Source: Candidatus Doudnabacteria bacterium (GTDB lineage Bacteria; Patescibacteriota; Doudnabacteria; UBA920). From it: a stretch of 64,000 nt of DNA. The DNA is taken from assembly GCA_963837465.1 (NCBI GenBank), contig CAWINB010000004.1:650853-714852 (forward strand), written 5' to 3'. The notes under the pieces are model-generated. The model was not told the DNA's origin. It saw only the letters and a list, made by a program, of their open reading frames with translations, and ran no database searches. Positions 27,576 through 37,297 of this stretch are shown here, in pieces (the first letter of the stretch is position 1; every line of letters begins with the position of its first letter). The position numbers were made by a program, and so were the translations under genes.

Positions 27576-28193
27576 ATGAGTGATTTTTACCATTGTAGAA
27601 GGGCCCCGTACTTGGAAGAGATTGTTGAGGTTGAAGAAGCGGAACCAAAAAGGATGGTACGTAGATTGCAGATTGGCGTAATGGGAAGCGCTGCTGACCT
27701 CGGATATTCCGAAGCAGTAGCAAAATTGGCCGAAGATATCGGCCGCGAAGTGGCTTTGGCCGGATGCACTTTAGTCTTTGGCGCGGAGAAAGATTGTGAT
27801 TCGCTTTCTACCGCGGCCGGACGAGGCGCTCGAAGTGTCGGCGGCCTGACTGTCGGCGTGACTTATGGCAAGGGGCTGCAAGTTCACGACGATGCTGACG
27901 TTATTATCGCCACCGGCATGGAGCGCGGCGGCGGACGTGAGTTTGTGCTGGCGATTTCCTGCGATGCCATTATCGCCATTTCCGGAGGCAGCGGCACCTG
28001 CAACGAAATCGTTGTGGCTTACCAGGCCAGCATTCCGGTTATCGGAATTGTCGGCTGCGGCGGCTGGAGCGAAGAAATGGCTGGCCGGGCGTTTGATGCT
28101 CGGCGGCAGCACCTAGCGGTTAAGCCAGCTCGCACGGCCAAGGAAGCTGTAATGTTGGCGGTAGAAGCTGCACGTACAGGAGGGGAGCACTGA
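27576..28193 (+). CDS. TIGR00725/LOG-like (SLOG superfamily) Rossmann-fold protein
   Basis: GVMGSAADLGY...GCTLVFGAEKD...ISGGSGTCNEIVVAYQASIPVIGIVGCGGW matches the LOG/TIGR00725 pattern. SD AAAAGGATGG is present. The ORF track extends to 27534. Confidence 0.55.
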   Translation: MSDFYHCRRAPYLEEIVEVEEAEPKRMVRRLQIGVMGSAADLGYSEAVAKLAEDIGREVALAGCTLVFGAEKDCDSLSTAAGRGARSVGGLTVGVTYGKGLQVHDDADVIIATGMERGGGREFVLAISCDAIIAISGGSGTCNEIVVAYQASIPVIGIVGCGGWSEEMAGRAFDARRQHLAVKPARTAKEAVMLAVEAARTGGEH

Positions 28194-28194
28194 C

Positions 28195-28923
28195 ATGAAG
28201 AAGCTCAAGCTGGCCGTTTGCAACGGAACCATGGAACAGCAGATGGTGAATTATTTGGAACAAGCCGGTCTGAGGTTTCAAAAAGAGCCGCGGCGGTTTC
28301 GTTACGTCATCGGGCATGACTTGGTTTCCGAAGTTGTGTTCATGCGCCCGCAGGACATGCCGCGCGAAGTGGCGCATGGCAATTACGACATGGGGATTTG
28401 TGGCTTTGATTTTTTTCTGGAATATGGATCCAGCATTGATCACAATTCCGATAAACAAACTCCGGGCTGTGGAATGCATGGTTCATTCGATACCTCCAAA
28501 GCTGGTGCCCACAGCACGAAGGTGGTGCTCATTGCCCACAAAGACGATCCGGCCTCTTCCAAAGCGGATGTGCCGAAGGGAGCTAAGATCCTTTCTGAGT
28601 ACCCGTGGCTAACCCGGGAAGTGCTATCGCCAAATAAAGTCGAAGGTAGTGACCTGTGGACTTACGACTTAAATCGCAATGCGCATCCTGGAGTGGTTTA
28701 TTCCTGCGGTGCGACCGAAGCCCATATTCCGTGGAATTATCGTTTTGGGGTTTGCCTGGTCGCTTCAGGCCTGACGCTGGCTGCCAACAATCTCAAAATC
28801 GTCGACGTGCTTTGTGAAACCTGCCCGGTTATGTTACATGCGGGGCAGGATAAACAAAAAGAGCAGCGGCAGCTGCGGCATTTGTTCGCCGAAGCTGGGT
28901 TGCTGCGATTGGGGTTGTTATGA
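28195..28923 (+). CDS. HisG-like ATP phosphoribosyltransferase (short form, 242 aa)
   Basis: RPQDMPREVAHGNYDMGICGFDFFLE and SCGATEAHIPWN...SGLTLAANNLKIV resemble HisG catalytic signatures. There is an AGGAGG SD and a 1-nt gap from the upstream gene. Confidence 0.55.
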   Translation: MKKLKLAVCNGTMEQQMVNYLEQAGLRFQKEPRRFRYVIGHDLVSEVVFMRPQDMPREVAHGNYDMGICGFDFFLEYGSSIDHNSDKQTPGCGMHGSFDTSKAGAHSTKVVLIAHKDDPASSKADVPKGAKILSEYPWLTREVLSPNKVEGSDLWTYDLNRNAHPGVVYSCGATEAHIPWNYRFGVCLVASGLTLAANNLKIVDVLCETCPVMLHAGQDKQKEQRQLRHLFAEAGLLRLGLL

Positions 28924-30068
28924 AATACATCGTCGCGTACCCGCCAGTAGATTTTTCTATCCCTTTTTCGGAACTAAAGCCGGAAGATATTGACATCTAC
29001 TTTCACTACACAAACCGCATTGGCGCCGCTACCTGCAAGGCCGCGTGCGCCCATTGTTACTTTCGCAACAAGCCCGAGTTCCATATTCCGGTGGATAAGG
29101 CCCTAGCAATTACCCGTTCGCTTCGGACCCAAGGCTACAACATCGGGATGGCGCCGGCGGACAGCTTTGGCGATGAGGCGTTGTTGGCCGGGGACGCCGG
29201 TTCGGCTTTCCGCCTTAAGCCCATTGGTACGTCGGCTTGGAGCAGTGGAGTGCCGTTGTTTATCGCTGGCTGGCAAGAGCGGCTAAACCGCGCTTGGGAG
29301 ATTGGCTTTCGGTCAATCATAATCACCGCTCACGAAGCGGCCGGAACCCCTGTCCCAATAAAAGGTGTGACCAGGGCCCCGGTAATTTTAGGAGCCGTAA
29401 GCAACATCAAAACCTGGAATAGGATGAACCCAAACAAGCAATTCGCCATTTCCACCACTTTTACCATCCGCGCCGACAACTGCAAGTTGGAGTTGATGCG
29501 TCAAATGGTGCAGTGGGGCGTAGGAGAAGGGATTGATCTTGTTCGGTTCAACTGCTTTGCGAATTTTCAGGGTTTGTCTGAACATCGTCAGTATGAGATG
29601 TCGCGACGGGATATTACCAAGTTTTTCGGCTACCTTGCCTTGTTGCAGGAAGAGTTTTTGGAAACTCCGACTGCGCTGGGTATTTCGGAAGACTGGGGCG
29701 ACGCGGGAATAGAACAAATTTACCCGTACTTGCCGCCGGTCTGGCAAACTCGTACGGCCGGTTGGTGCCGCGCCGGGTATCGGCTATTTGCGATGATTGA
29801 AGTCCGGGGCCAAATTGTATTAACCGGATGCGTGGACAAATGGGAGCCTGAGCTTGGCCTGCTGCATCAAGTCGGCGAAGACAACTACCGCATTCAATGG
29901 CGGTATGATCAAATCGAAACGCTGCGGCAGGCGGTGCTTCAAAACCGAGTCTACGCCTGCTGGGGAGGCGTGGGTTGCGGTCGCGGTAAATCTGCCGGTT
30001 TTGCCACCGGCCAAAAAACAGAACAGCAAATCTTTGGCGGAAATAGTCCGCTTGAGATTTTAGCCTAA
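28920..30068 (+). CDS. radical SAM enzyme of unknown function
   Basis: CKAACAHCY equals CX3CX2C at residues 39-46. Extra C-terminal Cys cluster CWGGVGCG. ATGA start/stop overlap with the upstream gene. Confidence 0.6.
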   Translation: MKYIVAYPPVDFSIPFSELKPEDIDIYFHYTNRIGAATCKAACAHCYFRNKPEFHIPVDKALAITRSLRTQGYNIGMAPADSFGDEALLAGDAGSAFRLKPIGTSAWSSGVPLFIAGWQERLNRAWEIGFRSIIITAHEAAGTPVPIKGVTRAPVILGAVSNIKTWNRMNPNKQFAISTTFTIRADNCKLELMRQMVQWGVGEGIDLVRFNCFANFQGLSEHRQYEMSRRDITKFFGYLALLQEEFLETPTALGISEDWGDAGIEQIYPYLPPVWQTRTAGWCRAGYRLFAMIEVRGQIVLTGCVDKWEPELGLLHQVGEDNYRIQWRYDQIETLRQAVLQNRVYACWGGVGCGRGKSAGFATGQKTEQQIFGGNSPLEILA

Positions 30069-30096
30069 AGGAGGTTTTATCGAAAAGTAAAAGCAA

Positions 30097-30142
30097 GCCG
30101 GCGGTGAAGTTGAGAAATCAATTTTTCCGCCGGTTTTGTTTT
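30097..30142 (+). terminator. rho-independent terminator GCCGGCGG...CCGCCGGTTTTGTTTT
   Basis: 8-bp GC stem plus T-run immediately after the radical SAM gene. Confidence 0.75.
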
Positions 30143-30196
30143 AGGAGGGTTTTATGTTATAATTTAATCAAATTGTAAAAAGTTTTTGAAACAAAA

Positions 30197-32626
30197 ATGC
30201 CGGATTTTTTGGATAATTTAAAAGATAGTGTTGATAGCTATATTGACAATCGCGCTTTGGCGGATTTGCAGTATCGGGTGAAGTTGATTTTAAAGGAGCG
30301 CGAGGAGTTAAGGGACTGGAGCGACAAGGAGCTGCGTCTGGCGGCTTTGGCTTTTAAGGACGATTTGGCCAAAGGCAAGCGGCTGGATACTTTGGTGGTG
30401 CAGGCTTTTGCCGTGGTTAACGAAGCCGCCCGCCGCGTGACCAGGCAAACGCCTTTTCCGGCGCAAATTTTGGCGGGACTGGTCATCAACAGCGGCATTG
30501 TGGCGGAAATGAAGGCCGGCGAGGGTAAGACTTTAACCGAAACTATGCCGGTTTACACTAACGCGCTGCTTGGCCACGGCGTGCATCTGGTTACCACCAA
30601 CGATTACCTGGCCGAGCGCGACGCCGCGCAAAACGGCAAGCTGTTTAATTTTTTGGGCCTGTCCGTGGGCTTTGTGACCTCGACTATGAAGAGCGACGAG
30701 CGCAAAAAATCCTACGCCGCGGACATCACTTACGTCACCAACCAGGAGGTCGGGTTTGATTACCTGCGCGACAACCTGGTATTTTCCAAAAACCAAAGAG
30801 TTTTAAGGGCCGAGCATCCGCTTTATTTTGGCATTGTGGATGAAATTGACAGCATCTTAATAGACGAGTCGCGCACGCCGCTTATTATAGCCGAGCCGGT
30901 TAAGGAAGAGCGGAATTTTTACGATTTGTTCACCCAAATTGCTGAACAGTTAAAAGAAGACGAAGACTATACTGTTGATTACCAAAAAAAACAAATCAGC
31001 ATGACCGACGAAGGCCTTAACAAAGTGGAAAAATTTTTGGGCAGTCCGGTGTTTTCCAAAGACAATCCCATGTACGTGTTTTACCTGGATGTTTGTTTAA
31101 AGGCCAGGGTAATTTTTGAAAAAAACCGCGACTATATTTTAAGCGACGAGGGCGTGGAAATCGTGGATGAATTTACCGGCCGCGTTTTGCCCGGCCGCAG
31201 GTTCACCGACGGCGTGCACCAGGCCATCGAGGCCAAGGAAAAGGTTAAGGTTAAACAGGCGGACAGGATCCAGGCCAGCATCACCTTCCAGAATTTTTTT
31301 CCCATGTACGAAAAACTTTCCGGCATGAGCGGCACCGTTATGCGCGCCCGCGACGAGTTTAAAAAAGTCTACAAACTGGAAGTGGTTCAGATCCCAACCA
31401 ACCGGCCTATCATTCGCGTTGACCACAACGACTTGTTTTTTAAAACCCAAAAAGGCAAGTTTATGGGACTGATGAAAAAAGTCAGCCACCTTAACCAAAA
31501 AGGCCAGCCGGTATTAATCGGCACCCGCAACGTGGAGACCGCGCATTTGGTGGCTGAGCTTTTGGACCAGGCCCGCTATCCCTATCAGATGCTTACGGCC
31601 AGCGACCACCGCGCCGAGGCGGAAAAAATCCAGAAAGCCGGCCAAGACGGCATGATAACCGTGGCCACCAATATGGCCGGGCGCGGCACCGACATTTTGC
31701 TCGGCCCGGGAGTGGAAAATTCCGGCGGCTTGTTTGTGCTGGGTACGGAACGCCACGAATCGCGCCGCATAGACGACCAGCTGGTGGGACGCAGCGGCAG
31801 ACAGGGCGAACCCGGAGAATCGCAATTTTTAATTTCCATGGAAGACGAAATTATGCAGCTGTTCGGCAGCGAAGCGATTATTGACGCCATGGAAGCTTAC
31901 GATATCCCGGAGGACGAATATGTTTCCGGCAACAACCTGACCAAAGCTTTTAAAAAAGCCCAGGATTTTGTGGAAAGCAAAAATCTGGACAGCCGGCTCT
32001 ATCTTTACAAATACGACAGCGTCACCAATTACCAGAGGCGCTATGTTTACGGCCAGCGCGACAGCCTGCTGGAAAACGAAGCCAATTTTTTGGATTTTTT
32101 AACAACTTCCGTCCGCCGCCGCCTGAGGCAAATTTTGGAATTAAAAGATCCGCGGTTAATCGCCGGGGAAATGCTGGCCGTGTTCAGGGTGGAGGCGGCG
32201 CCCGAAGAAATTGCCGCTTCTTTGGGGCTGGAGCCGGATGCCGCCAAAACAACCCGCGCCATAAATGAGTGGCTCAATCCTTTTTACAAAAACCCGAACC
32301 CCCCAAACAATACCTTTAACGCGGCTCAGGAAAAACTGGCTTCGTATTTGGAAAAGTTGGCCTTAAAGATAAAGCGGGAGCCCGAGGTTTACCAGGCCGC
32401 CGGCAGTTTAATTCTGCAAATTATAGACAACCAGTGGAGCCAGCAGCTGGAGCTGATGGAAGCGCTTAAGGAACAGGCGGGACTGTTTTCCTACGTTTCC
32501 CAGGATCCGCTCATAGATTTCGTGCTGGAAGGCCAGAAACTGTTTGACCATAGCCAAAACGAAATGGCGCGCCAGTTTTTATCTGCCATATTTTTGCACT
32601 TGGAGCAAAAGGGGATGATAGAGTAG
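30197..32626 (+). CDS. secA: preprotein translocase ATPase SecA
   Basis: MKAGEGKTLTETMPVYTNALLG...LVTTNDYLAERD and DEAD-like motifs. 809 aa. Confidence 0.9.
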   Translation: MPDFLDNLKDSVDSYIDNRALADLQYRVKLILKEREELRDWSDKELRLAALAFKDDLAKGKRLDTLVVQAFAVVNEAARRVTRQTPFPAQILAGLVINSGIVAEMKAGEGKTLTETMPVYTNALLGHGVHLVTTNDYLAERDAAQNGKLFNFLGLSVGFVTSTMKSDERKKSYAADITYVTNQEVGFDYLRDNLVFSKNQRVLRAEHPLYFGIVDEIDSILIDESRTPLIIAEPVKEERNFYDLFTQIAEQLKEDEDYTVDYQKKQISMTDEGLNKVEKFLGSPVFSKDNPMYVFYLDVCLKARVIFEKNRDYILSDEGVEIVDEFTGRVLPGRRFTDGVHQAIEAKEKVKVKQADRIQASITFQNFFPMYEKLSGMSGTVMRARDEFKKVYKLEVVQIPTNRPIIRVDHNDLFFKTQKGKFMGLMKKVSHLNQKGQPVLIGTRNVETAHLVAELLDQARYPYQMLTASDHRAEAEKIQKAGQDGMITVATNMAGRGTDILLGPGVENSGGLFVLGTERHESRRIDDQLVGRSGRQGEPGESQFLISMEDEIMQLFGSEAIIDAMEAYDIPEDEYVSGNNLTKAFKKAQDFVESKNLDSRLYLYKYDSVTNYQRRYVYGQRDSLLENEANFLDFLTTSVRRRLRQILELKDPRLIAGEMLAVFRVEAAPEEIAASLGLEPDAAKTTRAINEWLNPFYKNPNPPNNTFNAAQEKLASYLEKLALKIKREPEVYQAAGSLILQIIDNQWSQQLELMEALKEQAGLFSYVSQDPLIDFVLEGQKLFDHSQNEMARQFLSAIFLHLEQKGMIE

Positions 32627-32880
32627 AACCTGTTTTAAAAATACTCCGGGCCGCGATTTAAGAATTTTGGCCAAAATCCCAAAAAAATTGTTCCGTTTAA
32701 CTTAGGTTAAACACCAAAATTTATATTGAAATTTTGTCACAAAATTCTTAAATTCCGCCCGCGAATTATTTTTCAAACAGGTTTTAGTGATAAAAATGAA
32801 CAAAAATTAAAAAAATGACAAAAATTAAACGCCCCACGCGGCGCATTGCCAAGTAGGCTTATTTTTAATATAATTGCTCC

Positions 32881-33162
32881 ATGCTTTCCAAAGAAGATGT
32901 TTTAAAAATCGCTGAATTGGCGCGTATAGCTTTAACCAATGCCGAGGTGGAAAAGTTCCAAAAGGACCTTTCCGCGGTTTTGGATTATGTGGACGAGTTA
33001 AAATTGGTTGACGTTTCCGGTTTGGAAGAAGTTTCGCAGGTTACGGGACTGGTTAATGTCCAGCGCGAAGACAAAACCGTAACGGCCGAAAACCACGAAG
33101 CTATTTTTAAAAACGCGCCGGAGATGAAAGACGGGTATTACAAGGTTAAAGCAATATTGTAA
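32881..33162 (+). CDS. gatC: Asp/Glu-tRNA amidotransferase subunit C
   Basis: LSKEDVLKIAELARIALTNAEVEKFQKDLSAVLDYVDEL. Confidence 0.85.
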   Translation: MLSKEDVLKIAELARIALTNAEVEKFQKDLSAVLDYVDELKLVDVSGLEEVSQVTGLVNVQREDKTVTAENHEAIFKNAPEMKDGYYKVKAIL

Positions 33163-33218
33163 TTTACGAAGTCGTGCCATTCGTAAGTTCGTAAATTTTT
33201 CGTACTTCGTAAACTAGA

Positions 33219-34688
33219 ATGAACTTCCAATATCTACAACTAACCGAATTGCGCAAGCTTTTGGATGACAAACAACTCTCCTCCGTTGAACTGACGAAGT
33301 ATTTTTTGGAGCGGATAAAAAACAGCGACCTTAACGCTTTTATTACGGTAACCGAAGATTTGGCTATCCAGCAGGCAAAGCGCGCGGATGATTTTATATC
33401 AAGCCCAGGTGAAAACCCTTTTTTATGCGGTATTCCTTACGCGGCCAAAGATTTGTTTTGCGCAAAAGGCGTCCGCGCCACCGCGGCCAGCAAAATTTTG
33501 GACAACTATATCGCGCCGTACAATGCCACGTCAATTAGCAAAATCAAACAAAATTACGGAGTATTAATCGGCAAAACCAATTTGGACCAGTTCGCGCACG
33601 GCTCAAGCGGCGAGACATCGGCTTACGGCCCCACCAAAAATCCCTGGGACGAAACCCGCATGCCCGGCGGCTCGTCTTCCGGCTCATGCGCGGCCGTTGC
33701 CGCCGGCCTTAGTCCCTGGGCGGTGGCGACCGAAACCGGCGGCAGTATCCGCCAACCCGCCTCGCTTTCCGGCATCAGCGGCTGGAAACCAACATACGGC
33801 CGCGTTTCGCGCTACGGAGTTATTTCCATGGGCTCGTCACTGGATTCCATAGGAGCGGTAGCCTATTCGGTCCGCGATCTGGCGGAAATTGCCAATGTTA
33901 TGTCGGGCATTGACCCCAAAGATTCAACCACCGGCGACCATCCCGCAAACTACAAACTACATCCTACAAACTTGTCCCACATCCGCGTGGGCATCCCCAA
34001 ACAATATTTTGTGGATGGCATGGAAGCGGGCGTAAAGCAGCGCGTAATGGAAGCGATTAAAGAACTGGAAAAGTTGGGCGCAACGCTGGTGGAAGTTGAT
34101 TTGCCGAATACCAAATATGGTTCCTTGGTTTACGCGATTATCTGCCCATCGGAAGTTTCTTCCAATTTGGCGCGCTACGACGGCATTCGCTACGGACATG
34201 TAACCAACGAGGCCAAAGATCTTTTGCAGGTTTACGAAAAATCCCGCGCCGAGGGTTTTGGCAACGAAGCCAAGCGCCGCATTTTAACCGGTACTTACGT
34301 GCTGTCCGCCGGTTATTACGATGCTTACTACAAAAAAGCCCAAAAAGTCCGCAGGCTGATTATTAACGAATTTGCCGAAATTTTTAAACAGGTGGATGTT
34401 TTAGCCTGCCCCTCCACCCCGAATGTGGCCGCAAAGCTTGGCCATGCCGCCGACAACCCGCTTCACGGCTACATTGCCGACCAGTTAAATATTCCCGGCT
34501 CCCTGGCCGGCCTGCCCGCTTTATCGGTACCCTGCGGTTTTGCCAAAGCTCCCGATGCCGATGTTGACCTACCCGTGGGCCTGCAAATAATCGGCCCGCA
34601 ATGGGGCGAGCAAAAAGTTTTTGATGTCGGGCATGCGTACCAGTTGGCTACGGACTGGCATAAAAAACATCCGGACAGTATGAATTAG
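33219..34688 (+). CDS. gatA: Asp/Glu-tRNA amidotransferase subunit A
   Basis: Amidase signature (GGSSSGSCAAVA...ETGGSIRQPAS). Confidence 0.9.
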   Translation: MNFQYLQLTELRKLLDDKQLSSVELTKYFLERIKNSDLNAFITVTEDLAIQQAKRADDFISSPGENPFLCGIPYAAKDLFCAKGVRATAASKILDNYIAPYNATSISKIKQNYGVLIGKTNLDQFAHGSSGETSAYGPTKNPWDETRMPGGSSSGSCAAVAAGLSPWAVATETGGSIRQPASLSGISGWKPTYGRVSRYGVISMGSSLDSIGAVAYSVRDLAEIANVMSGIDPKDSTTGDHPANYKLHPTNLSHIRVGIPKQYFVDGMEAGVKQRVMEAIKELEKLGATLVEVDLPNTKYGSLVYAIICPSEVSSNLARYDGIRYGHVTNEAKDLLQVYEKSRAEGFGNEAKRRILTGTYVLSAGYYDAYYKKAQKVRRLIINEFAEIFKQVDVLACPSTPNVAAKLGHAADNPLHGYIADQLNIPGSLAGLPALSVPCGFAKAPDADVDLPVGLQIIGPQWGEQKVFDVGHAYQLATDWHKKHPDSMN

Positions 34689-34705
34689 GAAGTATGAATT
34701 AGGAA
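34678..34705. repeat. 14-bp tandem duplication GTATGAATTAGGAA x2 spanning the gatA stop codon
   Basis: Direct reading. Confidence 0.9.
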
Positions 34706-34710
34706 TAAGG

Positions 34711-34786
34711 GTGTCATCCCGGAATTTTTACAGCGTCCGACGTAGCTTTAGCGAAGTCGGAAGGGCTGTTAAAATATCCGGGATCC
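34711..34786. repeat. copy D of the dispersed palindromic element family (GTCATCCCGG...GCGTCCGACG...CCGGGAT)
   Basis: Shares words with 53857-53937, 59562-59652 and 62539-62606. Confidence 0.5.
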
Positions 34787-35089
34787 AGAATTAAGTGTGC
34801 CGCGCCGATTCATCGGCTTAATTATTAAAGGTTATAAAATGACAAGCGCAATTGTGTTTATAATTTTGTTAGAAGATGTTTAAAAAGTGCTTTGTAGGCG
34901 AAATTACAGAATTTTGCGCGGATTGACGGAAACAAATTTTGACGTTTAGCCTAAAGCTAAGCGGAAAAATTTTTTTCGGCAAGGCGCCAAACATTCTGGA
35001 ATCGCGGCCCAAATGACTTTTTAAACAGCTTCTTAGATGTTTTGGCTTTAATTACAATAATTTATTATTTTTTACAAAGAAGGTAACTA

Positions 35090-36730
35090 ATGCCTAAAGA
35101 ATTTCCATCATCAACCCAATATCAACCCGTCATTGGCTTTGAAATCCACGTCGAACTTGCCACCAAGAGCAAGATGTTCGGGCCGGCGGCCAATAATCCG
35201 GATGAGAACAGGCCGAATGTAAATATAGACGAGATTGTCACGGCTGAGCCGGGGACTTTACCCGTGGCCAACAAAGAAGCCATACGTTTAGCCGCTATGG
35301 TTGGTTTAGCTTTGAATTGTACGATTGATGAATGGAGCAAGTTTGACCGCAAACATTATTTTTATCCGGACTTGCCAAAGGGCTACCAAATTTCGCAGTA
35401 TGACCAGCCGATATCTAAAGACGGATATTTGGATATTGAGCTTCCTGTTAGTAACGAGTCTGCCTTCGCCAAGGCTACGGCGGATAAATTCGCAGTCTCA
35501 TCGGGCAACGCCTACAAAACATCCAAACTCGGAACTGTAATTAAGCGCGTGGGTATAACACGTGCTCATTTAGAAGAAGACGCGGGAAAAAATATCCATC
35601 CCGAGGGTTTGCCGTATTCGCTTGTGGATTACAACCGCGCCGGCTGCGCTCTTTTGGAAATTGTCACGGAACCGGACATAGAAAGCGGCGAAGAGGCAAA
35701 AGTTTTTTTAACCGAACTCCGCAATATTATCCGCTACCTGGGCGCCAGTGATTGTGATATGGAAAAGGGGACTATGCGCGTGGAGCCGAATATTTCGGTG
35801 CGGATGCCCGGCGAGACCGGTTTGCCGAAATATAAAGTTGAAGTAAAAAATATCAACAGCTTTAAATTTGCCCAAAGCGCGATTGATTATGAAATCGCGC
35901 GGCAGACGGAAATTTTAAAGGAAGGCAAAACGCCTAAGCAGGTGACTATGGGCTGGAACGAAAAAGACAGCATGACGGTTGAGCAAAGAAGCAAGGAAGA
36001 AGCCAACGACTACCGCTATTTTCCGGAGCCGGATTTGCCGGTACTGCAGTTTACAAAAGAATATCTCGATACCTTGCGGGCCGAAATGCCCGAGTTGCCG
36101 GCGCAAAAACGCGCGCGCTTTTTGGAAGAATTTGGCTTGCCCGCGGCCGATGTGGAAAATTTAATCAACTGGAAGGAGCTGGCTAATTATTTTGAGGAAG
36201 TTGTTTCGGAAATTGACGAATGGATAAATCAGGACGCAGGGGCTGGGCTTGCCCGCCCGCTTTTCGACGATGGCGGGCAGCTAAAGCCAGCCCCCACAGA
36301 TCGTCAAATACTAATCAAACAAGCAGCCAACTGGTGCCTGCAGGATTTTTCCGCGGCCTTGAACCAAAAACTAATCAATCCCGCAGATTCCGAAGTAACC
36401 CCGGAAAATTTTGCCGAACTGTTAAAATTAATCCAGCAACAAAAAATTTCCGTCAGCGCGGCAAAAACCGTATTTAAAGTAATGTTTGAAAAAGGCGGCG
36501 AACCTCTGTCTATTGTTTCGGATTTAGGCCTTGAGCAGACATCCGATAGCGATGCCATTGCGTCAGCCATAGACAAAGTCCTTGCCGCCAACCCAAAAGC
36601 CGCCGCTGACTACAAAGGGGGCCTTGAAAAATCTTTCGGCTTTTTGGTGGGACAAACAATGAAAGAGCTAAAAGGCAAAGGCAACCCGCAGGTAATAAAC
36701 GAGTTATTAAGGAAAAAATTATCAGCCTAA
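35090..36730 (+). CDS. gatB: Asp/Glu-tRNA amidotransferase subunit B
   Basis: YQPVIGFEIHVELATKSKMF and the GatB/YqeY C-terminal domain. Confidence 0.9.
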   Translation: MPKEFPSSTQYQPVIGFEIHVELATKSKMFGPAANNPDENRPNVNIDEIVTAEPGTLPVANKEAIRLAAMVGLALNCTIDEWSKFDRKHYFYPDLPKGYQISQYDQPISKDGYLDIELPVSNESAFAKATADKFAVSSGNAYKTSKLGTVIKRVGITRAHLEEDAGKNIHPEGLPYSLVDYNRAGCALLEIVTEPDIESGEEAKVFLTELRNIIRYLGASDCDMEKGTMRVEPNISVRMPGETGLPKYKVEVKNINSFKFAQSAIDYEIARQTEILKEGKTPKQVTMGWNEKDSMTVEQRSKEEANDYRYFPEPDLPVLQFTKEYLDTLRAEMPELPAQKRARFLEEFGLPAADVENLINWKELANYFEEVVSEIDEWINQDAGAGLARPLFDDGGQLKPAPTDRQILIKQAANWCLQDFSAALNQKLINPADSEVTPENFAELLKLIQQQKISVSAAKTVFKVMFEKGGEPLSIVSDLGLEQTSDSDAIASAIDKVLAANPKAAADYKGGLEKSFGFLVGQTMKELKGKGNPQVINELLRKKLSA

Positions 36731-36743
36731 TATTTTTATGTAA

Positions 36744-36787
36744 ATTCGTATGTTTTAGCGTACTAGTACGTTAGCTATTACGAAATC
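36744..36787. repeat. palindromic element (core AGCGTACTAGTACG), copy 2
   Basis: ATTCGTATGTTTTAGCGTACTAGTACGTTAGCTATTACGAAAT, related to 58514-58559 and 19122-19165. Confidence 0.7.
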
Positions 36788-36901
36788 CGAAAATTAATAT
36801 AATTAGGACTTACGCCTTTGACAATATTACCTAAGTTATTGTTTAATCAGCTTTTAAAAAAGCCATAATTTAGACCCCAAAGGCGTAAGTCCTAATAATA
36901 A

Positions 36902-36940
36902 ATCAACGCCGCGCAGGAACTGCAAGTCCTGGCGGCGTTT
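36902..36940. terminator. bidirectional terminator CGCCGCGCAGGAACTGCAAGTCCTGGCGGCGTTTTTG
   Basis: Stem plus T-run. Confidence 0.65.
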
Positions 36941-36947
36941 TTGCTTT

Positions 36948-37172
36948 CTATGCGTGCCTTTCCCAATCTTTCTTAGCTTCCGGTACTGATTCCGAGTAAG
37001 GCGACGGTTGTCGCGGTCTTTCGTGTCTGGATGCGAATAGAGCCTGCGAAGCCTCAAACGACTCATCGGACTCAACAGGTTCGGCGTTAACGGCATCGTT
37101 TTGCTTTTCATAATGCTTGGCTGCGATATTGACTAATTCGTTGTAAAGCCTCTCAGCGTCTTTCTGTTCCAT
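36948..37172 (-). CDS. small acidic hypothetical protein (74 aa)
   Basis: Strong SD AAAGGAGGAG upstream of the ATG. Confidence 0.45.
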   Translation of the reverse strand: MEQKDAERLYNELVNIAAKHYEKQNDAVNAEPVESDESFEASQALFASRHERPRQPSPYSESVPEAKKDWERHA

Positions 37173-37297
37173 GGAATAACTCCTCCTTTCGGAAGAAGTA
37201 TATATATATTGATTAAAAGTTGCAAATAAATAAAGATGAAAAAGCTCAATAGTTTAGACTATCAGGCTTTTTATTTTAATAATTTTACAACCAGCTT

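Noticed and set aside
28120-28479. Minus-strand ORF of 119 aa overlapping the HisG-like gene
   Set aside because: It is antisense to a domain-bearing gene in a GC-rich block and has no RBS.
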